DNA of 64,000 nucleotides from Mobula hypostoma (lineage: Eukaryota), in NCBI RefSeq assembly GCF_963921235.1, contig NC_086102.1, forward strand, positions 44,330,001 through 44,394,000, written 5' to 3'. The notes under the pieces were generated by a model. It saw only the letters and a program-made list of their open reading frames with translations, had not been told where the DNA came from and ran no database searches. The stretch's first letter is position 1; each line of letters begins with the position of its first letter. Both the position numbers and the translations under genes were made by a program. This document shows, piece after piece, positions 39,263 through 52,424 of the stretch.

Positions 39263-39634
39263 TAAAAAATAATAATTTCATATTTTTTTAAAATTCAAGA
39301 CCACATCTACCAAGGCAAACAAAAGAATAAGTTTACACGAGAATAGGAGTTGCAGATCAAAGTGCTGCAATAGAGTCTACGTTCCATATAGTATGCATGA
39401 TCTAGATATTACTTCATAAACACAAGAGATTCTGCAGCTGCTGGACATCTTCAGCAACACAATAAAGTGCTGGAGGACCTCAGCAAGTCAGCTGTATTTA
39501 GAGATGGGAACAAACAGCTGGCATTTCAGGTTCAGACACTTTGTCAGGACTGGAAAGAAAGGGGGAAGAAGCTGGAAAACGATGGGGGGAGCGGAAGCAG
39601 TACAAGCTGGCAGGTGATAAGTGAAACCAGATGA

Positions 39635-40228
39635 GGTACTTCATTAGGAGTTTGACGGGATCTGGCATGTCAACAAATACACTCAAAAACTTCTATAGTT
39701 GTACTGTGGAGAGCATTCTGACAGGCTGCATCACCGTCTGGTATGGAGGGGCTACTGCACAGGACTGAAAGAAGCTGCAGAGGGTTGTAAATCTAGTCAG
39801 TTCCATCTTGGGTACTAGCCTACAAAGTACCCAGGACATCTTCAGGGAGCGGTGTCTCAGAAAGGCAGCGCCCATTATTAAGGACCTCCAGCACCCTGGG
39901 CACGCCCTTTTCTCACTGTTACTGTCAGGTAGGAGATACAGCAGCCTGAAGGCACACACTCAGCGATTCAGGAACAGCTTCTTCCCCTCTGCCATCTGAT
40001 TCCTAAATGGACATTGAATCTTTGGACACCTCACTTTAAAAAAAAATACAGTATTTCTGTTTTTGCACAATTTAAAAAATCTATTCAATACACATAAATT
40101 GACTTGTTTATTTATTATTTTAATTTAATTTTTTTTTCTCTCTGCTAGATTATGTACTGCATTGAACTGCCGCTGCTGAGTTAACAAATTTCACATCACA
40201 TGCTGGTGGTAATAAACCTAATCCTGAC
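39635..40228 (+). mobile_element. Rex/Babar-type LINE 3' end
   Basis: ORF ...CLRKAAPIIKDLQHPGHALFSLLLSGRRY...FRNSFFPSAI; tail ggtaataaacctaatcctgactc. Confidence 0.88.
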
Positions 40229-41306
40229 TCGGAGCATAGGTGCGTGTATGTGTGGGGGAGTTTGTTGAAATAAGAACCTAGCAGGTGATAGGTGGAAAAG
40301 TAAAGGGCTGAAGAAAAAGAAATCTGATAGGAGAGTGAATCATTGAAGAAAAGGAAGGAGGGGCACCAGAGGGAGATGATCAGCAGGTGAGGAAAAGAGA
40401 AGGGATGAGAGAGGAACCAGAACGGGGAATGGTAAAACAAAGGGGAAGGGGGAAGAAATTAACAAAAGTTAGAGAAATCGATGTTTATGCCATCAGGTTG
40501 GAGGCTTTCATGAAAGAATATGAGATGTTGCTCCTCCAACCTAAGTCTGGCCATATCCTGGCAATAGAATGGAAGGGGAAGACCAACAGGTCAGAATAGG
40601 AACCAGAAGGAGAATTCAAGTGGGTAGACACTGGGAAAGCTCACATGTTCTGGCAGATGAAGTGAAGGTGCTTGACCAATGTAGAGGTGGCCCAACTGGG
40701 AGCTCCAGATAAAATGGATGACTGGCAGACTCCAAGGTGTGAAGTGTTGCCTCACCTGGAAGGACTGTTTGGGTTCTGAATGGTGGTGAGGGAGGTAATT
40801 TAGGGGCTGTTGTAGCACTTGTCATGCTTTAAGGGGTAAATGCCAGGAGGAATATCAGTAGGGAGGGACAAGTGGACAAGGGAGACACACAGAGAACGAT
40901 CACTATGGAAATGGTGAGTCGATAAGAGAGAAAGATATGTTTAGTGGTAAGATCCTGTTGTAGATGGTGGGAACTACAGAGAATGATGTGCTAGATATGG
41001 CGGCTTGCATGCTGAATGGTAAGGATAGGTGAAATTGTAACCCTGTTCCAGCAGTGGGAAGATGGGGCGAGAGCCTATGTCCAAGAAATGGAGTAGATGC
41101 AGATGCAAGTAGCATTGATTGTAGTGGAATAGAAACCCTGATCTTTGAAAAGGAAGGCCATGTCAAATGTTCTAGGAAAAAAAACTCATCCTCAGGACAG
41201 ATGCAGCAGAGAAAAAGGAACAGAGAAAAGTGAATAGCATTTTTACAAGTGACAGGGTGGGAAAAGATATAGTCAAGATAGCTGTGAGAGTCCGTAGGTT
41301 TTTTGA

Positions 41307-41420
41307 GAGAAAAGGGAGAGGGTTTGAGAAAAGGGAGAGGGTTTGAGAAAGGGGAGAGGGATTGAGAAAGGGGAGAGGGATTGAGAAAGGGGAGAGGGAT
41401 TGAGAAAGGGGAGAGGGATT
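41307..41420 (+). repeat. 19-bp G-rich minisatellite (6 units)
   Basis: 2x gagaaaagggagagggttt followed by 4x gagaaaggggagagggatt, directly abutting the left TSD of the L1. Confidence 0.95.
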
Positions 41421-41431
41421 GAGAAAGCGGT

Positions 41432-43951
41432 TAAATGTTGATTATAAAGTTTTTTCTAAGTTATTAGCAAATAGACTAGAAAAAGTACTTCCTTCTATTA
41501 TTTCGGAAGACCAAACGGGTTTTATTAAAGGTCGTTACTCTTTTTATAATATTCGTACATTGTTAAATATCGTTTATACTCCCTCACAAAATGTTCCTGA
41601 GTGTGTTATTTCTTTAGATGCCGAGAAAGCTTTTGATAGAGTAGAATGGCCTTATTTACTTAAGGTGCTTGAAATGTTTAATTTTAGCTTGAAATTTATA
41701 TCCTGGATTAAACTGTTATATCACTCCCCTGTAGCCTCGGTTCGTACTAACTCTTTAAACTCACCTTTTTTTCCTCTCTTTCGTGGTACTCGACAAGGCT
41801 GTCCTCTTAGTCCCCTATTATTTGATATTGCATTAGAACCTCTTGCAATTGCTATTCGAGAATCTTCAAATATTACTGGGATAACTCGGGGATTAAAGTC
41901 CCATAAATTATCACTCTATGCTGATGATTTACTTTTATATATTTCTAATCCTGAGAGATCTATTCCTGCTGTTTTAGAGTTATTAGCACAATTTGGTCTT
42001 TTCTCAGGTTATAAATTAAATCTTAGTAAGAGTGAACTTTTTCCGATTAATAAACATCTTCCCTTATATTATAAATTTCCATTTAAATTGATTAATAATT
42101 ACTTTTCATATCTTGGGATTAAAATTACTTGTAAACATAAAGATTTATTTAAGACTAACTTTTTACCATTAATAGACCATATTACTCAACTTTCATCTAA
42201 ATGGTTTCCCTTATATTTAACTTTGATTGGTCGTATTAATGCAGTTAAGATGTTTTTTTTGCCAAAATTTTTATATGTGTTTCAGGCATTACCAATTTTC
42301 GTTCCTAAATCTTTTTTTGATAAAGTTGACTCTAAAATTTCTTCATTTATTTGGCAGAATAAGAATCCGAGACTGGGTAAAATACATTTACAGAAAGCTA
42401 AGAGAGATGGAGGTTTAGCATTACCTAACTTTAGATTTTATTATTGGGCTATTAATATTCGACATATGAAATTTTGGTTACTTGACCGGGACATACTATC
42501 TATTCCTAAATGGGTAGCATTGGAATTACAATCTGTTCAGGGTTATACACTTGGTTCTATTTTAGGTTCCTCTCTTCCTTTTGATTCGAAACGCCTTAAG
42601 CAGGTCTCTAACCCGATAGTTAAATATGCTTTGCGCATTTGGTTTCAATTCAGAAAATTTTTTGATCTTAATCAATTCGGGTTAGCGATTCCTATTTTAG
42701 GTAACATATTTTTTCCTCCCTCTTTTACGGATCGCGCTTTTCAAACTTGGAAGACTAAGGGTATTTTACGGTTTTTGGATTTATTTTTAGATGGTTCCCT
42801 TATGTCTTTTGAACAATTATCTAATAAATATAACTTATCAAGAATACATTTTTTTAGATATTTACAAGTTAGAAATTTCCTAAGTACTATACTTTCTTCC
42901 TTTCCAATGCTTCCTCCTATATATATTTTAGATTCGATAATTAACCTTAATCCATGTCAGAAAGGTGCATCGGCTATGATTTATAATATTATTATGAAAC
43001 TTAGGAAAGCTCCATTTGATAAGATTAGGGCAGATTGGGAACAGGAATTGGGGCTTACCATTTCTGTGGATGACTGGGGGCAGATTTTACAATTAGTTAA
43101 TACTTCCTCTATTTGTGCTAAACATTCCCTAATTCAATTTAAAGTGGTTCACAGAGCACATATGTCCAAAAATAAGTTAGCGCGTTTTTACTCGCATATT
43201 AATCCTTTCTGTGATAGATGTTCGGGGCAGATAGCCTCTTTAACTCATATGTTTTGGTCTTGCCCTACTTTGGAAACTTTTTGGAGACATATTTTCAATA
43301 TTATTTCTAAGGTATTAAATATAGATATCTCTCCTCACCCTATTACTGCTATCTTTGGACTACCTAAAATTTCTAGTAATCTTTCCCCTTCAGCCCGTAG
43401 AATGATTGCATTTCTTACTTTAATGGCGAAAAGATGTATTTTACAACATTGGAAAGAGCTTAATGCTCCAACTACCTTTTTTTGGTTTTCTCAGACGATT
43501 TTATGTTTGAATTTGGAGAAAATTAGAAGTAACCTTTATGATTCTTCATTTAAATTTGAACAGATTTGGGGACCTTTTATTCGATATTTTCATTTAATGT
43601 AATATTTACCCTTCTTGTTTTTTTTTTCACTGTTTTAATGGAGGTCGGGATTGAGGACGTGATTTTAAGTTTAACTCTGTTTGGTTTCAAGTTAGCCCAT
43701 TGCTTTGCCTTGCTTTTAGTTAGCTGCACGGTGGGTTTTTTTTTCTTTTTTTTCCATTGATATATATAAAATTTAGTATACTATTATGTTATCTTGGTTT
43801 CTTATGCTTAAATTACATTGTTTGTAGTATTTTCTTTTTGGTATTGTTATCTTTTGGAATTTTATTATACTTTAACATTGTATTAATGTTTATATGGTTT
43901 ACCTTTTTTGTATACTTACTCAATAAAAAGATTTAAAAAGAAAGAAAGAAA
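41432..43951 (+). mobile_element. 5'-truncated L1-clade LINE with uninterrupted ORF2 remnant
   Basis: Open frame to the stop at 43600-43602 with LDAEKAFDRV, GTRQGCPLSPLLF, YADD and C-terminal CDRC...HMFWSC; 3' UTR, AATAAA at 43922, A/AAAG tail; TSD GAGAAAGCGGT at 41421-41431 and 43952-43962. Confidence 0.95.
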
Positions 43952-45447
43952 GAGAAAGCGGTAAGAGGTATTGGGGATGAACCAAGTAAATTTGAGGGTA
44001 GGGTGGAAATTGGAGTCAATGTTGACCAAATTGATGAACTCAGCATGGGTGCAGGAAGCAGCACCAATGGTGCAATCAGTGCAGTGTAGAAAGAGTTAGG
44101 GAATATTATCAGTGTCAGCTATGTGGAACAGTGGAGGTTGTTCCACATAGCTGACAAAAAGGCAGGCACAACTGGGCCCATGGCTGTACCTTGGGTTTGG
44201 ATAAAGTGGGAGGAGCCGGAAGAGAAATGACCAGCTCTGCCATACAGAGGAGGGTGGTGGTGGAGGGGAACTGGTTGGGTCTGTTGTCCAGAAAGAGACA
44301 GAGAGTGTTAAGGCCTTCCTGATGAGGGTTAGAAGTGTATAGGGACAAGATGTTCATAATGAAAGTGGTGATCATGGCCAAGAAACTGATTGAGCATGTG
44401 TGAAGCGTAACAGGTATAGGTAGGAAGGGACTGAACTGAGGGGGTCAAAATGGAGTCAAGGTATGTAAATACAAGTTCAGTGGGCTAGGCAGGCATATAC
44501 AACAGGCCTACTGGGACAGTCAGGTTTGTGGATCTTGGGTAGGAGGTAGAAATAAGCAGTACTCAATTTAATTTTCAATGGAATAAGAATAATCCTTTGC
44601 TTTAGATTCAAGAAATTAAAATAACTTAGTAATGTTGAAAATTAGTCATTGAGGCAGACATCACAGCACACAAATCTATTACAGCAATGTCTAAAGGGTA
44701 CATTATTACCTGCACAGATGTGGCTTCAGAGCAGGCCACATCACTGAGAGGAACACAAAAAATTGAGACCGAGCCATCATTTAGAGGAGAGAGCAGACAA
44801 TGACTAAATCAATCCACATCACACACCCACACACCTCATCAGAGTCAGCTCAAGGTCAACAAAGTCAATGTGGCTGTGGAACTTCAGTAATAGAAAATTT
44901 ACCAGCCCAAAACTCCATTCGTCTTTGGATATTCTGCTACATCACCATAACTTTACTGAAAGCTCAACCAAACAACAGCAAGTCCAAAGATATGGAGGAA
45001 AAATGCACCAATAGTTATTGTTCTGTGGCCTAATTCATTCAGTGCTGAACTTGTCTTTACATGTCTGGTTAGATGATGGAACAGTGGAATGAGTTATGTA
45101 TTTGTCTTCTAACTGCATTTACAATTCAAAAACAAATCTTTTAACCTAATTCAAATACAGGGGCTCCCCAGGTTATGAATGACCCGATCCATGAAAATCC
45201 AAATTTATACAAAACTCCGCAAAAAATTTTAAAGCATTTTTAATCTAGCAATTAAAAAAGCATAGTATTCATTAATGATTGAATACAGTATATATTCCAT
45301 CAGTTCAATAGGTAGTGTTAAGCTGATTATTCAATAACATGAAACAATATTAGGAATTATACATAGTATGATACAATGTGTTACTATGGGAAACTGATCT
45401 TTCTGACTTGTGTACAAATCAGCTAAGCCTACACACACACACACATA

Positions 45448-47068
45448 CAGTGCCTATAGAAAGTATTCATGTATTCATTGGAAGTTTTTGTGTTTTATTG
45501 TTTTATCACATTGAATCACAGTAGATTTAATTTGGTGCTCTTTGGTGTCAAAGTGAAAACAGATCTCTACAAAATGATCTAAATGAATTAATTACAAATA
45601 CAACACAAAATAATTGACTGCATAAGTATTCACACCATTCTAGTCAGTATTTGGTAGATTCACCTTTGACAGCAATTACAACCTTGAACCTGAGTAGAGA
45701 GGACTCTAGCAGCTTTGCACATCTTGACTCTGCAATTTTTCCCCATTCTTCTTTATAAAACTGCACAAGCTCTGTCAGATTACATGGGGATCATTACTGA
45801 ACAGCACTTTTCAAATCCAGCCACAAATTCTCAATTGGGTTGAGGTCTGGTCTCTGACTTGGCCACTCCAGGACATTAACTTTGTTGTTTTTAAACCATT
45901 CTTGTATGGCTTTGGCTTTACACTTGGGGTCATTGTCTTGCTGGAAAACAATCTTCTCCCAAGTCGCAGTTCTCTTGCAGACTACAGCAGGTTTTCCTCC
46001 AGGATTTCCCTGTATTTTTCTCCATTCATTTCACCCTCTACCTTCACAAGCCTTCCAGGGTCTGCTGCAGTGAAGCATCCTCACAGCATGATTCAGCCAC
46101 CACCACAATTCACAGTAGGGATAGAGTTTTTCATATTGTGCGGTGTTTGGCTTATGTTAAACATAGTGTTTAGTCTGATGGGTAAAAAGCTCAATTTTGA
46201 TTTCATCAGACCATAGAACCATCTTCCACCTGACTTCAGTCTCCCACATGCCTTCTGGCAAACACTTGCCGAGAATTTATGTGAGCTTTTTTTTTCCTAC
46301 AGTAGCTTTCTCTTTGCCCCTCTCCCATAAAGCTGTGACTGGTGAAGCACCCAGGCAACAGTTATGGTATGTGCAATTACTCCCAGCTCAGCCACTGAAG
46401 CTTGTAACTCCTCCAGAGTTGTCATGGGTCTCTTGGTGGTCTCCCTCACTAGCCCCTTCTTGCATGGTCACTCAGTTTTTGAGGATGGCCTGCAGTGGGC
46501 AGATTTACAGCTGTGCCATATTCTTGCCATTTCTTGATGACTGTATTAACTCTACTCCAAGGGATATTCAGTGACTTGGCAATTTTCTTGTATCCATCTC
46601 CTGACTTACGCCTTTTCACTAACCTTTTTGCGGAGTTGCTTGGAGTGTTCTTTTGACTTTGTGGTGTAGTTTTTGCCAGGATACTGACTCACCACCAGAT
46701 GTACGTTCCAGATACAGGTGTATTTTTACTACTATCAATTGAAACACCTTGACTGCACACAGGTGATCTCCATTTAACTAAATATGTGACTTCTAAAACC
46801 AATTGGCTGCACCAGTGATGATTTGGTGTGTCATATTAAAGGGGGGGGGTGAATACTTTTGCAATCAATTATTTTGGTTTAATATTTGTAATTAATTTAG
46901 ATTACTTTCTAAAGATCTGTTTTCACTTTGACATGAAAGAGTCTTTTCCTGTTGATCAATGTCAAGAAAGCCAAATTAAATCCACTGCAATTCAATGTTG
47001 TAAAACAATAAAACATAAAAACTTCCGGGGGCGGGGGGGGGGGGTGTGAATACTTTTTATGGGCACTA
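45448..47068 (-). mobile_element. Tc1 DNA transposon (IR/DR type), transposase pseudogene
   Basis: TA-flanked; about 200-bp terminal inverted repeats starting cagtgcctatagaaagtattca; minus-strand NVLEWPSQRPDLNPIENLWLDLK; start codon apparently lost. Confidence 0.9.
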
Positions 47069-48299
47069 TAAATAAATTAAATAAGCAGAGCAAAAAGAGA
47101 GTAAATATACTGAGGTAGTGTTCATGGGTTCATTGTCCATTCAGAAATCCGATGGCAAAGGGGAAGAAGCTGTTCCTAAAACATTGAATGTATGTCTTCA
47201 CGCTCCTGTACCTTCTCCCTAATGATAGTAAAGAGAACAGAGTATGTCCTGGGTGATGGGGGTCCTTACTGATGGTGCTACTGGAGAAGGAAGACAATCA
47301 ACAAGCTGAACTCAAGGTCTTCATGATCCAAAGTGAAAAGTGTTCAAAATGGGAAAGGTTTGCAAGAGGTCTGCAGTAGAATGCAACCTCTCAATAAAGT
47401 CAAATGTTCCGTGATATTGAGAAACAGGATATTAGATTGTGGATGTGCAAATTATCACATAGAAATCCTTCGGCGTTAGTAATAATGAAACAACATAAAA
47501 GCTGGCATATTGAATAGATCTTGTGAAAACAACCAGAGCAAGAGAAAAATTAAAATTGGTTTCAAAATATGAAATCCAAGATATTAAAATGTATTAGTTG
47601 TACAAATATCATGAATTATTCTGCTTAAGCATACCAAAAAAAACAAAGTTGTTAGGAATCTGAAATAATAGCAGAAAATGCTGAAGAACTTGCCAATTTT
47701 TATTAGTATTCACAAACAGGATTTAAGCATTTCAGTACTTTGAATAATTTGTGCTTTAGTTCTGTACAATTTTACAGCACATATAAAGTGTGTTGATAAT
47801 TTAGCCATCACACTTTTGAGGTGAACTGTTGTGTGATACATTCACAAGCCTGGAGCACCATGAGTAAAATGTTTTCAAAAAGATAATATTATTAAACAAA
47901 TCACCATTGCAACTTTAACCTTAGACTTCGCTTTTGCTTTAGATAGAACACTTATGGTAAAACTAAAAGTTACATAACATATTCTTTACAGAGCTAAAAA
48001 CAAATACACACACATATTTGAATGTACCATCTGGTAACATTTTCTTCAAAAATGTGTTATTAATCAATCTACAAAAGCTGTATATTTTTGCACTATGGAT
48101 TGCAATTATAACAAATCACACTGAAGATCAAATCTCAGCTTTTTAATTAATTAATCTGCATTTTATGATGTATGCTATTAAAGACCTTAGTCTATATTCC
48201 AAGAGTATTCTACTGAGATCTGAATTCCTATTTTAACGTTATTTCGGCAAAGACTGGAATTAATTAATTTAGGGATACCGTACAGAGTAGTCCCTTTGA

Positions 48300-48555
48300 G
48301 CCTCACTGCCCAGAAACCCCCCATTTAACTCTGCCTAATCATGGGGACAATTTACAATGACCAATTAATCTAATTACCAGTAGTCTTTGGAATGTGGGAT
48401 GAAATTGGAGTACCCGGAGGAAACACATGTGGTCATGGGGAGGATGTACCGTATCCTTACAGACGGTGCCGGAATTGAACTCCAAACTCTGGAACAGCCC
48501 GAGCTGTAACAGCATCGCACAAACCCCTGTGCTACTGTGGCGTTGAAATACCAAA
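48300..48555 (-). mobile_element. V-type tRNA SINE
   Basis: Reverse V-domain (gtagtctttggaatgtgggatgaaattggagtacccggaggaaac) and reversed head (ggaattgaactc). Confidence 0.7.
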
Positions 48556-49861
48556 GGCCAGCTTGGCTGAGATGCATCGGCTGATTTTACTGAAGATAAA
48601 CATTAGCATTCATGTATCCTCTTTATTTTATGCAAATTTCACCCTGCATAATAAATAATCCTAAAACACAAACAGTATTGAAAAGCTCATTTATGTCTGC
48701 ATTTTGAAGAATATAACAGGAGCAGATGGATGCCATTTAGCCCATTGTGGCTGCTTTGCAATTCAATAAAATCTTGGCTGATTTTCTCCAGCATTTTCCT
48801 GACCTTGCATTGAATTTCTTTAAAAAACTGAGGCCAATTTGTTGTTAAAGACAATGCATGCTTTTGAATTGAGCAAGACGTGCAGTTCTGAAAGTGAAAC
48901 CCCTCTTTGCAAATTCTTGTACCTAATACAACAACTGTGACAAAGTCCAAATTAAAGGCTGGGCTTTCTTTTGGGAATCAGAATGAAGAAAGGCTAGCTC
49001 CCATAAAGACTCAGTGTCAAAGACTCAAAAGCCGGTCTGATGTCCAAGTGATTGTTTCTGATGGGAAATGCTGGTGTAGTTAAAAAGTGGTAGATGGCAT
49101 AATTGTGTACATCTCTTGGAATGATTTTAAACTGAGTTTCTGTTAGGAATGATGCACTGATTTTGTCATGTAGTAAGGTGATTGAGGTGTGTGACATGAC
49201 AAGGGTAGAAGCACTTTCAACCAAACACTTTTAGGGATCTCCAAAGGTTACGGCACAGAAGGACACCATTCACTTCACTGATCTGGTGCCATGTTGATCT
49301 GAAATGTAAAACAGGAGCTAACATGATGGTGGACAGGATGGGCTCAAACCAATTTACTTCCAGAGGCAAATCATTCCATTTAACAACCAATCCTCTGAGT
49401 GAGGTTCTGCAAGCCTTTCTCCCCCTCCCTGAATAATTGTCAATTTTAAACTGCCTTTCCAGAGGAAATGATGATTTTTTTTATTCATGCCACGAAACAT
49501 CTGTTTATTTTGATAAATGAACCATCTCAACTCTCTCATTGTTTCTGTATCTATCTCTGGGACTGTGCCGGGTAAAACCATATTATCTGTGATGCTGGAT
49601 TTAATGTCCTCTCTGTAATGGGATGTCTTCTGTAGTTCCAGATTCCAAGAGGTAATTGGGGGGGGCGGGGGGAAACATGAAACGTAGTTCGAATTTTATT
49701 TTGCTTCATCAATTCTGCTTGCATTTTCAGAAATGATACATCACTTTTTCTGTTAGAGGGTGGTGAATCTCGGCAATGAGACATTTTAGTCTATATCCCC
49801 CACCTGCATGATCGTTCAAACAACATGTAATGTTAACCAGAATTTAGTTTGCCCACAATCC

Positions 49862-50105
49862 TTTTTGCTATTTCTTTTTGTGTGCCATACTCTGCCAGAC
49901 CTCGGCGACCACTTTTTCAAGTGGTTGTCTGGGAGGAAAGATTCCATCCTTCTCACTGCGCAGTTTTTTTAAGAGGGGGAGTTGCGAGCTCGACATTCAA
50001 CCCGGCACGGACAGAAAGCATGCCTTGGAGCAGCCCGACTGGGTTCAAACTCAGGAACCTTCGCTCCAGAGTCCAGCGCTGATGTCACTGCACCACCAGC
50101 TGGTT
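49862..50105 (-). mobile_element. SINE sharing its head with 36048-36359 but with a different tail
   Basis: Reverse complement ccagctggtggtgcagtgacatcagcgc...gggttgaatgtcgagctcgcaac aligns with the 36048 head; the tail (...ggtctggcagagtatggcacac-A-rich) is unrelated. Confidence 0.85.
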
Positions 50106-51900
50106 ATTTGCCATTTGCCAAAGCCTTAATTTGAATGAAATTTCAAGACTGTGCTTGGTACAGATGATGTGGACTATGAGCAAATGTGGACAAGGTATCA
50201 TAGTATCATCTATACCAAATGTGGTCATAGACCTCAGGTTTATATTATTTTGCAACCCTTTTTTAATTTGAGTAACGAATGCTTCCTTACTCTTTCTATA
50301 GTCAGTTTATATTCCACCAAAGATTTGACATCCAGAAGGCTTACATATTGGCTGCAGCATTACAGCATGTGGTGTTAATATCTGATTGAAAGACAAGTTT
50401 TGAATGTGTGAGTGGTTCACTGCATTAAGACATTTTAAAGCATTACTGCACTACAGAAAACTTTTTTAATGACTATTAATAGTCTCACTGACTATTTTTA
50501 CAAACATAGAATCAACTTATGTACATAAACTATCTTATGTATTTATATTTATTGTGTTTTTATATTATCCGGTTCTTTATCTTATTGGGTTTATTGTGCT
50601 GTATCGAATCCAAAGTAACAATTATTTTGTTCTCCTTTATACTACAGGTAGTATACTGGAAATGGCATTAAACATTCTTGAATCGTGGATCTTGAATAAC
50701 CAGTATTTAAAGTTGCTTGCTCATAGAGTTCATTTTTTGATAATTATGGTTATACTTGTTTTTAAAAGACATGCAATCTATGCTCTATTTTCAACATTCC
50801 ACATCATGTTTGAATATGGAAAAAAAACAGCTATTGAAAAAGAAGCAGTCAATTTTAAGTAATATTTCTACATCCAAGCTCATCAATTCAGATTTGCTTT
50901 CTGTATTTTCAAAGGCTGGACTCGCACAGCTGGCTGGAATGTGAGCCACAGACATTTTGTTTAAGATTCACCACTTTTTGGAATGTTGGTCAAATGGTAT
51001 AAAATAGTATCAACTGTTAGGATACAACACTAAGATCAATAATAAAGTAATTGTTTTGCTTTGTCTTGCCTAACCCAGATTAGGTAAATATTGTGGATTT
51101 ATTTAAACAGTAACAGCCTTTAACAATGAGTTTCTAGACATTTTTTTTATGTGTGGAAAAAAATCATTTCTGAAATGGGTCAACAGTCACCAAATGCCAT
51201 TGTTAACTTTTAGAAGTCGGGGAGATTTCTCCAGTTTTATACGTTTGTAGAAAGTGGTGGAGGCTTCTGAACTGCACCTTTCTGGTCATGTTCAAATACC
51301 AAATCAATCAATAGAAAAAAAATGCAGAACATCTCAGTTTCCCAGCACTCCTCTTCCTGCATACATCCAGGGCCGGAACATATGTAGATTCCTGGCTTTC
51401 TTCTCAACTGCAGCCAGATGTTACTTATCACAGCAACAGCAAGCCCAATTTCATGCAATGAGCATTTAACTGATTCTAATTCCCACGGTAGAAATAATTT
51501 GTACTATTTATCATTCCCAACTTGATCCTGAGAGAGAACATCTCAGCCAATGCATTGCACTGAAGAAGCAGCACGACTACATGATCCCAAGAGAGTCAAT
51601 ATGGAAACTAGTCCTGGTGTGAGAAAAATTATGACACTCATTAAGACTTGAAGTGTCTTGGAAACAGGCCTGTTCCTCTGGTTTACCATCTCTGTCTAGT
51701 TGGCAAAGACTCCATAATAACACAAGAACTTAAGGAAGAATACACATTAAAACCGACCAGTATACCTCATTCTGTACACAACTGTAGCAATGTACTTCAG
51801 CAGTGACCCATATACCACATTCCAGTCTTTTGGATCATTCGTGTTCTGCAATCTGGTATCCAATATATGAATAGGTGATGAACCCCCACTCTCATTTCTT

Positions 51901-52040
51901 CACTGCTCCTTGATAAACCCCAAGGTGACCCATGCCGGAAGATTCCATTCCCAATGCAGTTACAGGGCATTGGCGCTTCAAACAAGAATCATTGTTTTAT
52001 TCTAACAGGAATATGCCTACAATATTGATGTAATTACATC
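51901..52040. repeat. 140-bp dispersed direct repeat, copy 1
   Basis: Matches 53031-53170 with 7 substitutions and no indels. Confidence 0.93.
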
Positions 52041-52104
52041 AATTACCCTCATTGTACATGATGGAGCCAGCCACACGAGGAACTTATTTCAAACAGCTTT
52101 ACAA

Positions 52105-52265
52105 ACAAGAGAAAATCTGCTAGAGATCCAAGCAACACACACAAAATGCTGGAGGAACTCAGCAGGTCAGGCAGCATCTGTGGAAAACAGTACAGTTGAC
52201 GTTTTGGGGCGAAACCCTTCGGCAGGACTGCAGAAAAAAAACTGAGGAGTAGATTTAAAAGATGG
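52105..52265 (-). mobile_element. Penelope pseudo-LTR fragment with mutated hammerhead core
   Basis: caaaatgctggaggaactcagcaggtcaggcagcatc...gttttggggcgaaacccttcggcagg. Confidence 0.75.
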
Positions 52266-52424
52266 GGGGTAATTTAAAAGCTCAATCAGCTTTGTGTTGT
52301 TTAGGGCTCTGTGGTCAGAAAATGTAAAATATCATTCATGTCTGGATCTTCAGTGGCATTACTGATATTGAAGCTATTTTATATGGGATGATACATAAAT
52401 GGCACATTCTGCAATTTTGGGCAG

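Larger units (their letters stand above)
39418..44545 (-). mobile_element. Penelope-like element split by Rex/Babar and L1 insertions
   Basis: RT remnant at 44115-44381 (NILSLYTSNPHQEGL...LAELV); GIY-YIG remnant at 40591-40818 (PKQSFQVRQHF...IWSSQLGHLYIGQ); pseudo-LTR at 39418-39634. Confidence 0.8.

Noticed and set aside
24123-41420. CRISPR-like repeat arrays
   Set aside because: Units are directly adjacent with no unique spacers, and the DNA is eukaryotic intron.
48600-49800. Minus-strand ORFs faintly resembling an L1/Tx1 C-terminus or a decayed Ig exon
   Set aside because: Only scattered short motifs (QFKII, FLWKG), no consistent frame or splice sites; needs an HMM search.
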